64,000 bases of DNA from assembly GCA_043228905.1 (NCBI GenBank), contig JBHGNT010000018.1, positions 6,944,001 through 7,008,000 on the forward strand, read 5' to 3'. How positions within the stretch are numbered: position 1 is the first letter of the stretch; each line of letters begins with the position of its first letter. A model generated the notes under the pieces. The model saw only the letters and a list, made by a program, of their open reading frames with translations, was not told where the DNA came from and searched no databases. Below, piece after piece: positions 22,667 through 36,948 of the stretch. A program made the position numbers and the translations under genes. This DNA comes from Azolla caroliniana (lineage: Eukaryota > Plantae > Polypodiophyta).

Positions 22667-25002
22667 AATGTTGATTGCATACATAACTTGATCAAGAGAG
22701 TCTGTTAAGTTCATGAAAAACCAGAAGTTTGGATCTTAAGAAATTGACTTAGTGATGAAGTGTAACACTGAAAAAAGATTGGTTCACTATCAGTTACAAC
22801 TCCAAATGAGCAAGTTATGTTAAAAACAATGTTCTCAAGCCTTCATTGGTTAATACTCAGATATGAAAACTTGATGTTAAGGTTTAAAATTGGAGATGTT
22901 TTGGTTGAGTAACGTATCGTAGCCCTTTCAACAGATATTGTCATATGTTTATGGGTGTAGATACACTCGATACACTTGAAGTAGATGTAGATACACTCGA
23001 TAGCCTTCTTGAAACAAATTACTATTGTCATATGTTTATGGGTGACAAGTATGAAGACATGTATGTGTGACTCATGATAGCAGATTATGGTTTGTATGAA
23101 TACTTCCTTGGTGTAGGCTCGAAAGCGTCATGGCATGAGATGTCCTAAAAAGCTCCTAACATGTAAGTTGATTGTACGAACTTTATTGTTCAAGTCTTGA
23201 AGGTGAATGTGGTCTTAACACTTTAAGTGTTATAGTTTTAATGTTGATTTAATGCGAACACATATTTACATTAACACAAAATGAGGTTCTAACATAAACA
23301 TTTCAGTTTTTAACTATGAGAAATGTATAAGATGTCTAAAGCATGTGTAATTCTAATCTTTCAATATTGGTATACTTTTTGTGGTTCTATGCTTAAAGTT
23401 ATATTGTAGCCCTTGAATGGAATAATATAAAAGTAGAGTGTGATACTTATAGGGTCAATCCAACACCATAGTTCAACATGGATTGTTCTAGCACCCCATA
23501 TTGTTGGTTGCATTACGTCCTAACTATATTTGATGGTTGCAACATAAATTACGTAAAACATCACAATTTCAGCTATGTAACTTTATTGTTGTATTCTGTT
23601 GGAAGGCATCAAATATTCGAAACGTGAGTTGGACTTATCATAGCATATCAAGGTTGTTTGTTCTAACCATTGAAATGTTGAGAAATGAAAGCTGAGTGCA
23701 CTCTTTGTGAGGTGGCCCACCCATAGTTACAGTTTTCATAAAAGTAATTAAACTTTTTCATTAAAAAAAGACTGGCTAGCTTTCTTTTTGTCACATAAAC
23801 TTCCAAGCATACAGATTAAGTGGAGTTGAACTTGTGTAAAAGAATACATACAATTCCGCATGTGTTGGTTTCTTTCCTTATCATGCATACATATGTGATG
23901 CAAATTTGGGTCATTCCATGGGTGCTAAATATTACGAAAAGCATACATCGAGTACCCCATGATTTTCAAAAAGTAAAAAGTTAAGATCATCATATACTTA
24001 TCAGAAATCAATCAAAAGACATATTATTCTCGAAGTATATTTACACCAAGACTATGTAAAGCTCTCATAATGATATTTTAAAACACATGCAGCTTCTTGT
24101 TCTACAACACAGATAGAAATTGCCTGGCATTACATCATAAGATTTTATACCCTAGCTTCTACTACTGCCCAAATTTTGGATACTTAAAAAAAACTCGAAT
24201 ATTTAAAGGAAACATTGGTTTGTTTTTAACAATAAAAAGGTTTGGGCTATTTTTTCATCCTCGAATATAGGCTTTATAGTAACCTTTCATATTAGCTGGC
24301 ATCCCAAAAATAATAGACCGACTCTCTATAAAAACATGTTGCAAAATGGCAAAGTTATTACATCCAAAACCTTTGCCACCAACGTAAATGTCAAAAAACA
24401 TTTCCGAGCATTTAATACATAGATTCAAGACATGAATGGAACACATGTTGGGGATGTGAGCTTAATGTAAGTATGTAAATCACATCAAAACAATGAAGAC
24501 TCTTAACATACCGAAGCATGTTAACATGACCTTAGAATTCACAATGAGAAAGGCATGGCATGATATGATTTGACCTCATGGCACTACGAGTGAACATATT
24601 TGACCACATGGCACACCACAAAATATCATAAATTAAAACCAAACTAATCTGTCATGAGGGCGATGGAGTTGATCATGGTGGCACCATATTGACACATAAG
24701 ATGCCAAATACCACAAACGAACTTGGATGGGGACAAGTTAGTCAAATAGTAAACGACATTATTGCATAAATTACTTGAAAGTGATAGATGGGAGCTTGGG
24801 GTTTGGGGGGGGAGAGACTTTCATAAAGGCATTAGGAACTATAAACTCTCAAAATACCACGAAAACAAAGGATCGAATTCACAACAAAGGGATGATCAAG
24901 GGACTAGGCTAAAGAAGAAAAGCTCCCTCCCCCCCCCTCCCCAAGCTCGAAAACATTTTCGTGTTTTTCTTTGTTTCTTTTTGTTGGTGAGGAACAAGGA
25001 AT

Positions 25003-26118
25003 ATGGTGGCTAGGTGCACCAAGGGGGATCATCCCGGAGAAGTTCTAGTGGTCCATGCCGATGTTCATGCCAACGTCAATGCCCATGCCGATAACGAGAA
25101 TGTGGACCTTAGGCCCATTCCAGGGTTCAAGCCGAGGGCACAGCATTTCAAAGGAGTGCGGATGCGGTCGTGGGGGAAGTGGGTGACCGAGATCCGGCAG
25201 CCGAACTCACACGTACGCGTGTGGCTCGGCTCATACCGGACAGCGGAGCAAGCGGCACGCGCATACGACGTCGGGCTGTGGTGTCTGAGGGGGCCTCAGG
25301 CACGGGGATTGTTGAATTTCCCGGACAAGCCGATGCCGGACGAAGCGGGTCAGGGTTTGCCGCACCGCAAGATCCAAGAGCTCGCATCTCGCGAGGCTGC
25401 GGCACTCGTATACACTTGGGGACAACAGTCGGCCTTCATCATGGACACATGCACCAATGCTAAAAGTAGCAATGCCACCTCTAATATTAGTAGTAGTAGC
25501 AATAGTAATGGTAGTAGTAGTAGTAGTAGTAGAAGTAGTAGCACTACTACTACTAGCTCTAGTGAAGATGAAGTGGCTTATACTAGCTCTTCTTCTCCAT
25601 CACACCTTCCAACTAAAAATGGCAGAAATGATACTAAATCTAGCAATGCCGCTAGCTTCAGCGCGGATGATGATCTTTCCGATGACACACCACCGTCGAT
25701 AAGCAGTGATGTGGTATCATCATCATCAACAACATCATCATCACCACCACCCATCTTCATGACAACACCTAGCCATGAGTATAATTCATCTAGTCCTCCT
25801 CTTCTTCTTCTTCCATGTTCGCTGGTAGATCATGATCCATATTTGAGTGATTCATGGGAGTTCTCTCATTTGATGCTTTACAATAATTACTACAGCATTA
25901 TTAATGACCATATTAAAATGAGCAACATGCCTAGTGGTGATGTGATGACAAACCCCCTTCACCATGACCAAATATACAACAAATCTTCTTCCATAGCTAA
26001 CCTTCTCTTTCAATATTATGATCATGTTGAATTAGAAGAAGAGCACAAACAAGAAGAACAAGAGGAGCTTTGCAACTATAGTGACCCTACCACACTAGCC
26101 ACTAACTGGCTTTGGTAG
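25003..26118 (+). CDS. AP2/ERF transcription factor, DREB subfamily-like, intronless, 371 aa
   Basis: AP2 domain [59 protein letters not shown] with DREB-type Val14/Glu19, followed by IQELA; Ser-rich linker; acidic C-terminus ending in LW. Confidence 0.93.
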   Translation: MVARCTKGDHPGEVLVVHADVHANVNAHADNENVDLRPIPGFKPRAQHFKGVRMRSWGKWVTEIRQPNSHVRVWLGSYRTAEQAARAYDVGLWCLRGPQARGLLNFPDKPMPDEAGQGLPHRKIQELASREAAALVYTWGQQSAFIMDTCTNAKSSNATSNISSSSNSNGSSSSSSRSSSTTTTSSSEDEVAYTSSSSPSHLPTKNGRNDTKSSNAASFSADDDLSDDTPPSISSDVVSSSSTTSSSPPPIFMTTPSHEYNSSSPPLLLLPCSLVDHDPYLSDSWEFSHLMLYNNYYSIINDHIKMSNMPSGDVMTNPLHHDQIYNKSSSIANLLFQYYDHVELEEEHKQEEQEELCNYSDPTTLATNWLW

Positions 26119-27110
26119 TTAATCACTACTATTGTTAGTTGTCTTGTGATTCCTCATCATCCTTTGTAACTAGCTATGTCCCTTTCTACACTTGGCATGC
26201 ATTGCCCTTTTTGCATTCCCAATCGCTTGGGCATTTTCCTCGTGGTCATAGTTTCGAAGCGTTCGTTCTATGTATTCCCTAGTATTTCCAAAGTCTAATC
26301 TTCCAAGGATTGGTTTCGGATTTGTGTGTCCTTAACCGACTGATTCAGTCAAAGTGCCGATCATGGAATGTATTAGTGAATGATTTCATCCATTTAATTT
26401 ATTCAAATCCTTCACCATTTATATCATCCTTGTGCAAAACGTTTTGACCGCACTTTACCACTCAATCTCAAGCATGATACTAACTTTTTAGTGCTCACTC
26501 ATGTATTGTTTAATCATGACAAACATTTTCAATTGTAGTTCTATTACAACTTTGACGCATTCTTTACACGAGATACCTTAGTACTTTGTTGAGTATATTG
26601 TTTTATCTTCATGAAAACTATAATTTATCCTACTTCAAACACTTTAACAATTCAAGTTTAGACACGTCTATTCGGGCCTAGTCCAAATGAATCTCACATT
26701 GTTATGTTGAGCATATTATTTAATTACATGTATCTCATTCATCATACTAGAGCAAAACAATTTCATAATCAATCTAAAAGTAACACGCTTGTTTAGTCCA
26801 AACATTGTGGCACTTCTATCAAGGGTGACAATTGGTTTACTTACGACATATTTATCAATCCTAGCCAAAACAAATCCGCACCTTGTTGAGTGTAGTGTGT
26901 ATTTACTCCCCACATCTATCAACATAGTTTAGAGTTTTCTTCACTCATACCACTTTATATAATACTTTAATCCTTATCAAATAGAAATTATCCTCCCAAG
27001 ATATATTTGATGCAAGTCGTTGAATTCTAAAAATAATCACAAAAGTCTGAAAAAACAAAGAAATATCTATAATCTTAAGAAAACTATCTCTTGAGTTTTG
27101 AAGAATTGAT

Positions 27111-27736
27111 TTGTTGGTGCTATGAATGCACAAGAGGTAAACTCGTCAAGACCCGATTTGAGAGAGGCTTGAAGACCCCATCCCCTCAGTTCCGAAAGAT
27201 TTGGATGTTGATCGCATGCATCACCTTGTGATATGTATGGAAAGCATGTTGACTAAAGGTCTTCCAAGATCTGGTACACCCCCCGGAGGAATTGATCATG
27301 GATATATGGTTTGCGATTATTAGCTGCCTACGAGGGCAATTGGATGATGTTTGCGGCCACTCCAACGACGTGGTCATTGCCCGTTTGTGCTTCTAGCAAA
27401 AAATGGCAGAACACTCCGATGGTGACGCAAGGAGGAAATGGCCTAAGGTGGAACTACCAGCCCCCACATTGACTGTTTCCTACTCACCTCCCACCCTCCC
27501 TTCGTTGTAGGCCACAAGATCCGGCTCTTACTGGTCGGTGATGAAGGACATTAGTTTATAGCTATAGGTACCTACTTACATTAAGTTGTCAATTTGAGAG
27601 GATATGTACGTAATCTCATAATCTTGAACTCGGTCGAAGGGTGATTCCCCGATTTATGAATAAGCCAACTGTATAGTCTTTCTGTAATAATCTCTCATTA
27701 CTGATGGGAAAGTAACTTCTTTTTGGGAGAAAAAAA
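27111..27736 (+). mobile_element. 5'-truncated LINE 3' end
   Basis: Homologous to the 33514-34500 copy (WCY..RGK..RFERGL; IWMLIA; KVFQDLV; GPRWNY-like); ends GGGAAAGTAACTTC...GGGAGAAAAAAA. Confidence 0.8.
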
Positions 27737-29481
27737 TTGTTTAATTTGAAATATTGTTATTATTACAAAACCAATTAAAATGTACTTAATCTAGGAGAAT
27801 CGTAGAGCTTTTTGACGAGTTATCTTAATCCTCATGACGCTATCAACCCTCACAACATGAGTGGGGAGACTCCACTCTTACATAAACCCATTTCCACAAA
27901 GTCTTTGGGAAAGTTCTCATGATCTTCATAAACCAAGGTTGTATAGTTGAAGTCAATCAGCGTCAAGTTGGGTGGTTTGCTAGGAACATCATGTACAACA
28001 TTGTTAAAGTCAAGTTCATTGAAGATCAAAAACTATATACCACTCAAATTGTATCATCTAATTGACACTTTGTGAAGTGTCATTTGATTGATACTACAAA
28101 AAATTTCAAATATGTTCGTTGTCATATTTGTCAATTTCATTGAAAAGATAGATTAAGAAATGCACTCTTGCAATGTATAATATGCCCATTTATGTTGAAA
28201 ATGTCCTCTTTCCTAGCACTACATAATAACCCTTGAGAAACCTAAGTTGTGAAATATACTCCATTCTTGTACTTTATAGAACAAACTTAATCCTACACAA
28301 GCTATTCAAGTAGCCATCAAGACAGTCATAGTTCCTCAAAAAGAGACAAACAGACTTAGCGTCATACATACGCCACGTTCTTATTGTACTTGGCCAACTA
28401 GAGGGGTCGCTCACTATGAATATCCACTTATATATGACTTTGTTAATGTCAAACTTGTTTAAAAGTTAGTGATACATTGGCATTTCGTATAGTGATATAT
28501 TTGCACTTCATAGAATGCAATTGCCATCATAAATAGTAAAAATAAAATGCAACATACATAAAATCATGTCCAAATTGTATATGTTATTGCTCTTCCTAAA
28601 TTAATAACACAGAATCATTTCAAAACATGTAAACTTTTAATTTGGATTCCAAATTTCTTGTTTAATTGAGGATTGATGGGTCACGTTCTTTGAAATGGCA
28701 TTGGTATTTATGTATGCTTAAAAAGTTAAAACAATGTATGGTGGAAGCATGTCATGAATCATGATCAAACTCGCATGCTTGTAGGTCCTCATCTTTCCTA
28801 GATAGCGAAGATATCAAAAGAGGGAAATAGTTACTCTAGAAAATGTTATATGAGCTAGTACTAGTTCTTTCACCTCTAGTACATATATAAAAGTGTTACT
28901 ATAATTTAATGAATCAAATAATGTCACCGATATGTATTTATGTGTGTGTGGCTGGGTGGATGGGTTTTTACCTCACTTTGGCATCTATACCCAAAGTATA
29001 TCATTTGGTTAAAAAAGATTGGTTGAACAAGTTCATGGTAGTATGCAAATGGTTGTGGATGGAGTCATACCCCTTTCCAATATGAAAATGTCATTGATTA
29101 TTCATTTATAATCTTAAAAAATGGGATTTGATCATGTTCGAGCAACAAACTATCAAAATGGCAATCTAGAGGATCTAAAGGTGATGAATCATCAAAGGCT
29201 AATGGGACAACCAAGGTGTACAATTCTAAAATGAGTTGAGGGCCACACTAACATATAGACAAAATCGTTGAACTTTTATGCACATATATTAGAACATTTA
29301 TGTGAGCTTAACTGAATCCTAAAGTTGTTTCCTTAATTCAAAGAACACAAACGCTACAAAAATTGAGCTTCCCTTTGGCACCTAGAAAATCATCCTTTGC
29401 CACATGTTGTTGGAACTTACTCATGTTAATGTGGGATGATTCTTGTTCCAAAAAGTCTTGGATAAACATAATCTTTAAAAC

Positions 29482-29710
29482 TAGGCCCCAGGAATTGCCT
29501 CGTACTAGCCAACACTGAAGGGCATTGTTTTTAGCTATAGGTATCTACTTACATTAAGTAGTCAGTCCGAAAGGCTATGTAAGCAGTCTCATTTTCTTGA
29601 ACTTGATCGGAGGGAGATTCCCTAATTTGTGTATAAGCCTCCTTGTAGAGTCTTTTTGTAATAATCCGTCCTAACAAATGGGAAAGTAGCTTCATTTTGA
29701 AAAAAAAAAA
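29482..29710 (+). mobile_element. Short 5'-truncated LINE 3' UTR with poly(A) and TSD
   Basis: Reverse complement of ~33514-33730; A-tail 29700-29710; TSD AAACATAATCTTTA(A/G)AAC at 29464-29481 and 29708-29725. Confidence 0.85.
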
Positions 29711-30796
29711 CATAATCTTTAGAACCAAATAAATGATAGGCATACAAATTAACCACAATTGACGAATGGTGGTAGTAACAATATTGGACTTTTATATGCA
29801 TGGTGATTGGAATGTCCATCTTGGCATGGACTGTTCTTCACATATATTGTTAAATCAATAATACAAACTCAACCACAGTCAACAAAAATGTTTCATGATT
29901 CAAAAAATGTAGATGGATCCCAACTTGGCATCGAGCATCCTGGAATATTCGTGTAAATTAAGCGATCATGAAAAACCGTTGGTCGAATACATGTAATGTA
30001 AAGTGAAACTTTTATTCATTTGTGTATTCTCTAACACATACCATCTCCAACCTTGTGAGATGAATCTTTGTGGTAAGTGTGTACATAGAACCATTTTAAA
30101 GTCATGAAGTAAAAGCCTCAACTGCTTATGATTTTTAATTGTGTGTACAATTCGAATATGTTGGACTAGGTTGGATGAGTAAAAATTATAATGCTCAATT
30201 ATTATCTGAAGAAGCTAAAGTTAATGTTGTTCACCTTGTTGAACACATTTTCACATACCATATCTTATTATTAGTATTATCGTGTAATGTTATTGTTTTC
30301 ATTCTTTGGAAAAATGTAAATGACGAATTACAATATTCTAATGTCATAATTTGTGGATTATTTCAAACTAAAATAATAAAGAGTTTCTTTGTTGCATTAA
30401 ACTCGTTGCTCAAGACCACAAGGTCATAACCTCATTGTTATAAAGAGCACGCTTTAGACTACACTATCCTTTCACGTGTTAGGATTCTAGAATTTCAATA
30501 AAGTGACTCAAAGAATCTATAAGCAATAACTAGGAGCATGTGAAAAATATATTTAGGTATCCAATGTATACAAGCCAATGTTTTGGCATTGTGCTTTCCA
30601 ATGAGTGTCCTATTTTGAAATTATGATTAATCTTCATTAAGCTCAAAGGTCCTTTTATTACACTTCATTTATAAACAGTCATTTTGAAAAGATAAAAAAC
30701 ACAACGTTCTAACTACCTACTACAAAATCAAGAAAAAAACATTCTCTCTGTTTTTCCATTAAAGTTTTGAAATAATTTTCACTATATTCTCTCAAT

Positions 30797-31954
30797 CAGG
30801 GCAGGAATTTGACGGGTGTCATGCCCGTCGAAGGCCATTTTGCCCGTCAAAAACATACACATAATAAAAATGCCCGTCAAGTGACATATAAAGTTTAAAT
30901 ATCCATTTTTCATGCGAAAGGCCCCTACAAATTATGCATGTCAAATGACATGTTAAAATTACATTTTTCATGTCATATATATTATATACATATACATATG
31001 TCACTTATTATAGATATGAAGTGTGTATTATAATATATTAATAGTATATAAATGTTTTTCCAAAAAATTATATGTTTTTTATAACACGCTTAAAATAATA
31101 TCATTATCATGTAATAATGGTATATATTCTCAAATATTTAGTCTTAATTTCTTTACTAATAATATTAGTTGAAATTTTAAACAATAACCTTTATTAAATA
31201 CATACTTTATGAAGTGTATAACTCTAGGTTTGATTTTAATGTTTTAAGTTTTAAGTTAAAACTAAATTTTTTCCAGCGGCAATGTCCACTATATTCCTCT
31301 TAATGACAAATCTCAAGAGGTGTTGGAATTGGTCAGCCCAATAACCCTTTGGATTGTATAGAAACAACGATGTAGGCGAGTCTTCTCCAACCAAACCACC
31401 CATCAACAAGGTTACTGCAAGAGATATGGAGTGAAATTGTAGCTACTCTGAAGAGCCAATATGATGGCCTTAAAGGTGGCTCCGAGGGAGTTGAAAGACA
31501 ATGCATAGCCTTCATCCAACAATGGTCGTCCTCTCCCTTTCTTGAGTCAGTGGGCTTCCACATTAGATGGAACTATCGCGTCCCTTTAGGGATTTGTACA
31601 TAATCGTCTCATTTGTAAAATTTTATAACTAATGGAATGAGTTTTTTTCGGAAAAAAAAACTAAATTTTTTTACTTACATAAAATTTTAAGTTAAAATTA
31701 AATTTTTACTGACCTTTTTTTTCATACTTATTAGTAAAAACATTAACATGATATTAATTTTATGTATTTCATTATCTTTGTGAGGTAGTTATGTTTATTT
31801 GTGCATCTTTGTGCACTTTCTATAGTAATGTTCATTATTAAAATTTGTATGTCAAATGACATTTTAGTTTTTGCACTCTTGTGTCATATGACATACATCT
31901 TTAAAAAATGCCCGTCAAAAAACTTTTATACTAAACCGTCAAATTCAGGCCCTG
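30797..31954. mobile_element. Non-autonomous hAT element (MITE-like)
   Basis: TIRs CAGGGCAGGAATTTGACGG / CCGTCAAATTCAGGCCCTG; perfect 8-bp TSD CTCTCAAT (30789-30796, 31955-31962); subterminal TGCCCGTCAA motifs. Confidence 0.92.
31273..31656 (+). mobile_element. Retroposed fragment (LINE-type 3' end) nested in the hAT MITE
   Basis: Higher-GC insert ending TAACTAATGGAATGAG...CGGAAAAAAAAA, flanked by a 15-bp TSD AAAACTAAATTTTTT (31258-31272, 31657-31671). Confidence 0.8.
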
Positions 31955-33513
31955 CTCTCAATCATAATGAGTAAATGTAATATTATGAATTTCATGGGAA
32001 AACTTGGAGGATAATTAGGGTTGGAACACTCGTAACGTTGTGCAATATCAAAGACATTAATAACAATTTTTTAACTCAAAGTTTAGTATGTGTTGTATTT
32101 GTTTCGCCCAAAACACAATTACAGTCATAATCCGTGGTAGTGGAAACAAGTCTTGCACTAGCACACTTATGTCTTTGAAATCATGCTCGTTGTAAAAGCA
32201 CTTCATAATTTTAGTTTGAGACCATGTCTCGAAACAAACAATTTATTACTTAAGAATGACCTTTACAAAGATGATAGTAACATTTTCACTATGACCTTTG
32301 ACGTAGCATTCTTTATAAAATCTCCTCAAAATTGCAATTTGAGATCATGTATGCTAAAAGTTCCTCCCAAAATATGGCTTTATTAAATTGACATTGATAT
32401 TTGTTCCACAATCCAAGAGTTGAGAACCATACCATTGGCCTTCAAAAGGCAGTGCTAAAAAATCTCCTCAATCAAACATTGATTAGTCATCATGGACAAA
32501 CTCATTTCTTTTGTTGTGTTTCCATTAGACCATTGCTACAATCAACGACACAAGGCAACAAAAAAGCATCTTCGGCAAGAAATCATATCCTATAATTGTC
32601 CCCTCAATTTCCATGATGACCACTTGCACCAAATGCAACCCCTTGATTTGCAATTGTCTTTTTCCCTAGGTAGTCCTAGACATCGTGTGAAACTCAACAA
32701 AAAATCTTCCATAAATTCTAGTTGTGGCCTATGTCAATTGCATTATAACATGTTGATACATCCTAATCACCCTTTCTACATCATTTCTCTAGTTGATGTC
32801 TACCATCCTCTCTCCCTCATTATATGTATATGTATATGTATATCATTATATATTACATTGTTTCCTAGGTGGTCTATTGGAAGAGCCTTTACATGGTTAT
32901 TAATGCTACCTTTATTTTGAGTTATTGTATATATTAATATTTTAAGCTACGTGCATTAATATCTTGAGACATGGACTAAAAAAAATTTATTTTCTTGTTT
33001 ATTTTACTATATCGCTTTAAGAGTGAGGCCTTTCACACGATGCTTTCTAAGCATCAAAGATATTGACCAAAGCAAGCCTATCATTATTTGGGACAACGAA
33101 CTTAAATGCCCAAATTACCCATGTAGGTATTCATTATGTCAAACATTGTTGATGAAAAAGAAGATTAGAACTTAGTTCCACAAATAAGCCTTGATGTAGT
33201 GAATTATGACAACTTCTACATGACAGCATTAGTTATGTTGTTGACTATGAATCTGTTTTTGTGGAGATGGAACTAAAGAAGCTCATGAAACACAAGATAT
33301 TGCATGGAGCGTTTATAGTAGGCCCAAAGAAGTCAAACGAAAAGGATGCTAAAAGGTCTTGCTCAAAATTACCTATTCTTTTAGCTAATTGACCTTGGGC
33401 GCATATAGTTCAATGTGAAGCAACTTTGTTCAAGGTTTGACGTAAAAAACTATTGAAACAATTTATGTTAGGAGGTAGTGAGTAAATAATTAATCTCTTA
33501 CTAGATAAATTTA

Positions 33514-34500
33514 TTTTTTTTCCAAAATGAAGCTACTTTCCCATTAGTTCGGAAGGATTATTACAAAGAGACTGTACAAGGAGGCTTAAACATAAATTGG
33601 GGAATCTCCCTCCGATCAAGTTCAAGAAAATGAGACTAGTTACATTGCCTTTCAGACTGACTACTTAATGTAAGTACCTACGACTAAAACGGTGCCCTGC
33701 AGTGATGGCTAGTACGAGACAACTCTTGGGGTAGACAACGAAGGGAGGGTGGTAAGTGAGCCGGAAACAGCCAGCGTGGGGGCTAGTAGTTCCACCTCGG
33801 GCCACTTCCTCCTTGTGTCACCATAGGCGTGTTCCGCCATTTCTGCCAAAAGCGCAAACGGGCAGTACCCACGTCAGAGGAATGACTGCAAACCTCGTCC
33901 AATTGCCCTTGTAGGCAGCTAATAAGTGCAAACCATATGTCCATGATCACTTCCTCCGAGGGCTGCACCAGATCTTGGAAGACCTTAAGGCAACGCGCTT
34001 TCCATACATACCACAGGGTGAAGCTTGCGATCAACATCCAAATGTCCGGGAACCTAGGGGATGCGGACTGCAAGCCTCTCTCAAATCGAATCTTGGCGAT
34101 TTTGCCTCTCATGCATACGTAACACCAACTATCCGCATTGAAGGTGTCTGTCCACCTATCAACAGAGTGATCAAGCCATGCCACAACACTCCACGATGTT
34201 GTTCCTTCCACTTCACATGTTGCAAGGAGGCAAGTCACTCTATCCCATACCTTTTGAGCATGAGGGCAATCCCACAAACAATGCCTCAGAGTCTCAATAA
34301 GTGAATGGCAAAGTGGGCAGCCTAACGAGCCGCCACGTTTACTTAGCCATTCGCCAACGGGAACCACATTATGACAGATTTGCCACCAAATGTTTTTTAT
34401 CTTTTCCGGCAAGTGGAGACGCTAGAGACCCTTCCAAAAGGTAATGAGCACCTCATCAGGGATGCCCAATGTATGCCAGCCATTGAAAATGATTGATGAT
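33514..34500 (-). mobile_element. 5'-truncated L1-like LINE: ORF2 C-terminal zinc finger (zf-RVT) plus 3' UTR and poly(A)
   Basis: ORF 33783-34412 has LPEKIKNIWW..CPLCHSLIETLRHCLWDC..LWYVWKARC, typical of plant LINE ORF2 ends; poly(T) at 33514-33521. Confidence 0.88.
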
Positions 34501-35662
34501 GGTATTTGAGAAAACTCTTACGAATATAACTTGAATTTAAACAACTAGAAATTAATTGTTTTGTTTTTTTTTCCAAAAAAGAAATTAATTGTTGATAATG
34601 ACCATCACTTAACTAGACTCATTTTACAAGAAACTAATTATATTGCGTTCCATGGGTAAAAACATTTCATTGACCTTAATGAGAATTATAGAAGGAGACC
34701 TCAGACAATCTATGTAATGCTTTATCGAAATTAAAGAATTCTTGCTTGATTATCATTCTTCATTAACAACAATTTTAGGTACATGTATAACGAAACAATG
34801 CTTGAGACTATTGGAAGGAAAAGGTCATTGGTTCGAAGGCACAATAAAGGCGCGTTAAGATTAAGAACCACCTTGAACCCCTAGGTGACCACCTTGTACC
34901 ATTAGTGTATCAACATCTCAATGTCACACCATATATGGAGAACTTCAACTTCATAGTACATGAGAATTTTCCGTAGTGATTTTGAGGCTTTTGAGCCTCA
35001 TAATATCTACAAAGGTCAAACTGAAGACTACTATGATGAGGTTGATCAAGCTATTTGCAAGTTCAATATTTTAACAAAGTTGTAACTCATGACTCATGAC
35101 TCATGATCTACCAAAACGAACATTCATGTTTATTTTTTAGAATAAGTTTTAACTATTTGGTATAATGAAATTGTCATTGATTACATTGTTTGAGATAATG
35201 CTCATGTTTTATTTTTGTTGTAGTATTTCGTGTTGTGAAATTTTTGTTGCACATGTGCCCTTATTGTCTAAAATATTAGTAGATTGTAAGGACCAAGAGT
35301 AACAATTATATACATGAATATGTGAATGTATATATAGAATCAATATCGATGTTTATGGTGATCTTCAATTAGATAGTTCATATTATCTTTAATGTTGTGG
35401 AGCATCGTCATGATATCGTTGTGGCAATCAATGATGCATTGTCGTTGTGCTTGACGTTCCTTCAAAACCGCCTGATTACTCCATCTATTTTGTTGTTGGT
35501 TGTGTTTATCTTCATGGTGATGCAAATAATTAGCACCTTGTTTGGTGCTCAAGTCTCCTTGCATATAATTTTCCTCAAGAGAGTTAGAAATGAATGTGGA
35601 ATGATCTACTTCTCCCTGTTTATGATCATTATTGTTGTACTTCATACTTCTACATTGTCTGC

Positions 35663-35805
35663 AAAATCAAATCATGGAAAATATTTGTAGGTTGATTAGG
35701 GCATTGTTTTATATACCCTATGTGTCTTTCTTGAAATCAAATCATGAAAAAAATATTTGTAGGTTGATTAGGGCATTGTTTTATATACTCTATGTGTCTT
35801 TCTTG
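35663..35805. repeat. ~70-bp tandem duplication
   Basis: AAATCAAATCATG...TGTAGGTTGATTAGGGCATTG...GTCTTTCTTG occurs twice in tandem. Confidence 0.85.
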
Positions 35806-36569
35806 ATATAGTAGAGTTGTCACACTTACTTCTTATAGGGGTGTGCTCCATTAGTATTTCGTTGATCACTAAAGTTGCTTTCTTGGTCATAATTGTTGTC
35901 ACACATTGAATGTAGGCGTGCCTAATTGGGATGATAATTAGTCTCCAACTTCCAGAAACATAAAGGTTTTATTCATGTCGTACAAAGAGTGCATGAAATA
36001 GTAAGGATGCATATAATAATAGTACGTCATCATGTATATATATATATATACGACCTAATGTGCACCATAGTCACAATATAGTAAAGCATCAAGAAGTGTT
36101 GTTATTATAATGTATGAATATAGTTGATTGAATGACAAGTCACAATAGCATAGTGACATAATTACACTTGCGTTGAATCTTAAACTTTAATCTTAGGTTA
36201 GGACAAATTTGACCAACGTCCACATGTACTTATTAATTTATGTACACCCACATGCAAGGAGAACTAACCTAGAAAGATATTCTTAACTCACGACAATTGA
36301 GGCATGCTAATAGTGAAGAGTAAAGAATGTGAAGATCTTGTAGCTCAAAGAAACTCATGTTTATCTATCACATATATAATTTGATCTGTATAGACAAATG
36401 CAAGTTGAAGTTGAGAATGAGGTCATTTAGGCTTGGTAAGGGAAGTTGGTGGGTGGGCAAATATATTCCATGACATTAGACATTATTGAGCATGCCAAAG
36501 GTGTAATGGAGGATGATGCATATTTGTTATTGGACTATTCATCAAAGTCTAAAGCAAATTAAGCACGTT

Positions 36570-36948
36570 GATGATTATCTTGCACAAGAGTTTAGTTGGA
36601 ACAGATGTAGCCATAAGTCCCTCTAAAATGGAATGGTGTACTATGAGCGGATTGATGGAACAAATGATGCTTCAGATTTAATGAGGTTGAATTTTAGAAA
36701 ACGATGGTGTACTACACCAATGGCTGTAGAAATTGGAGTGGATATACGATGGCAGTAGGTAGTACCGAGATGGTTGTTCCCCCCTCCCATTAGATGATAG
36801 AGGGGCGTGAATGACATGACAAACATGTGGGCTATTTAGTGTAAGATAAATAAGTGATGTAGCCCATATGGAAATAGGTAATGTCTAAAGTTGTGTATTG
36901 TATGTCATTTTAACTAATGGAGTATATTCTTCTTTGGAAAAAAAAAAA
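36570..36948 (+). mobile_element. Probable LINE-type 3' end fragment (left boundary uncertain)
   Basis: Ends TAACTAATGGAGTATATTCTTCTTTGGAAAAAAAAAAAA, the same terminal pattern as the 31273-31656 insert. Confidence 0.45.

Noticed and set aside
26716-26925. ORF with ARIDKYVVS resembling a LINE endonuclease end
   Set aside because: Single weak motif in decayed sequence; insufficient without a profile search.
35340-35645. 101-aa His/Gln/Asn-rich minus-strand ORF
   Set aside because: No recognisable domain or supporting gene structure.
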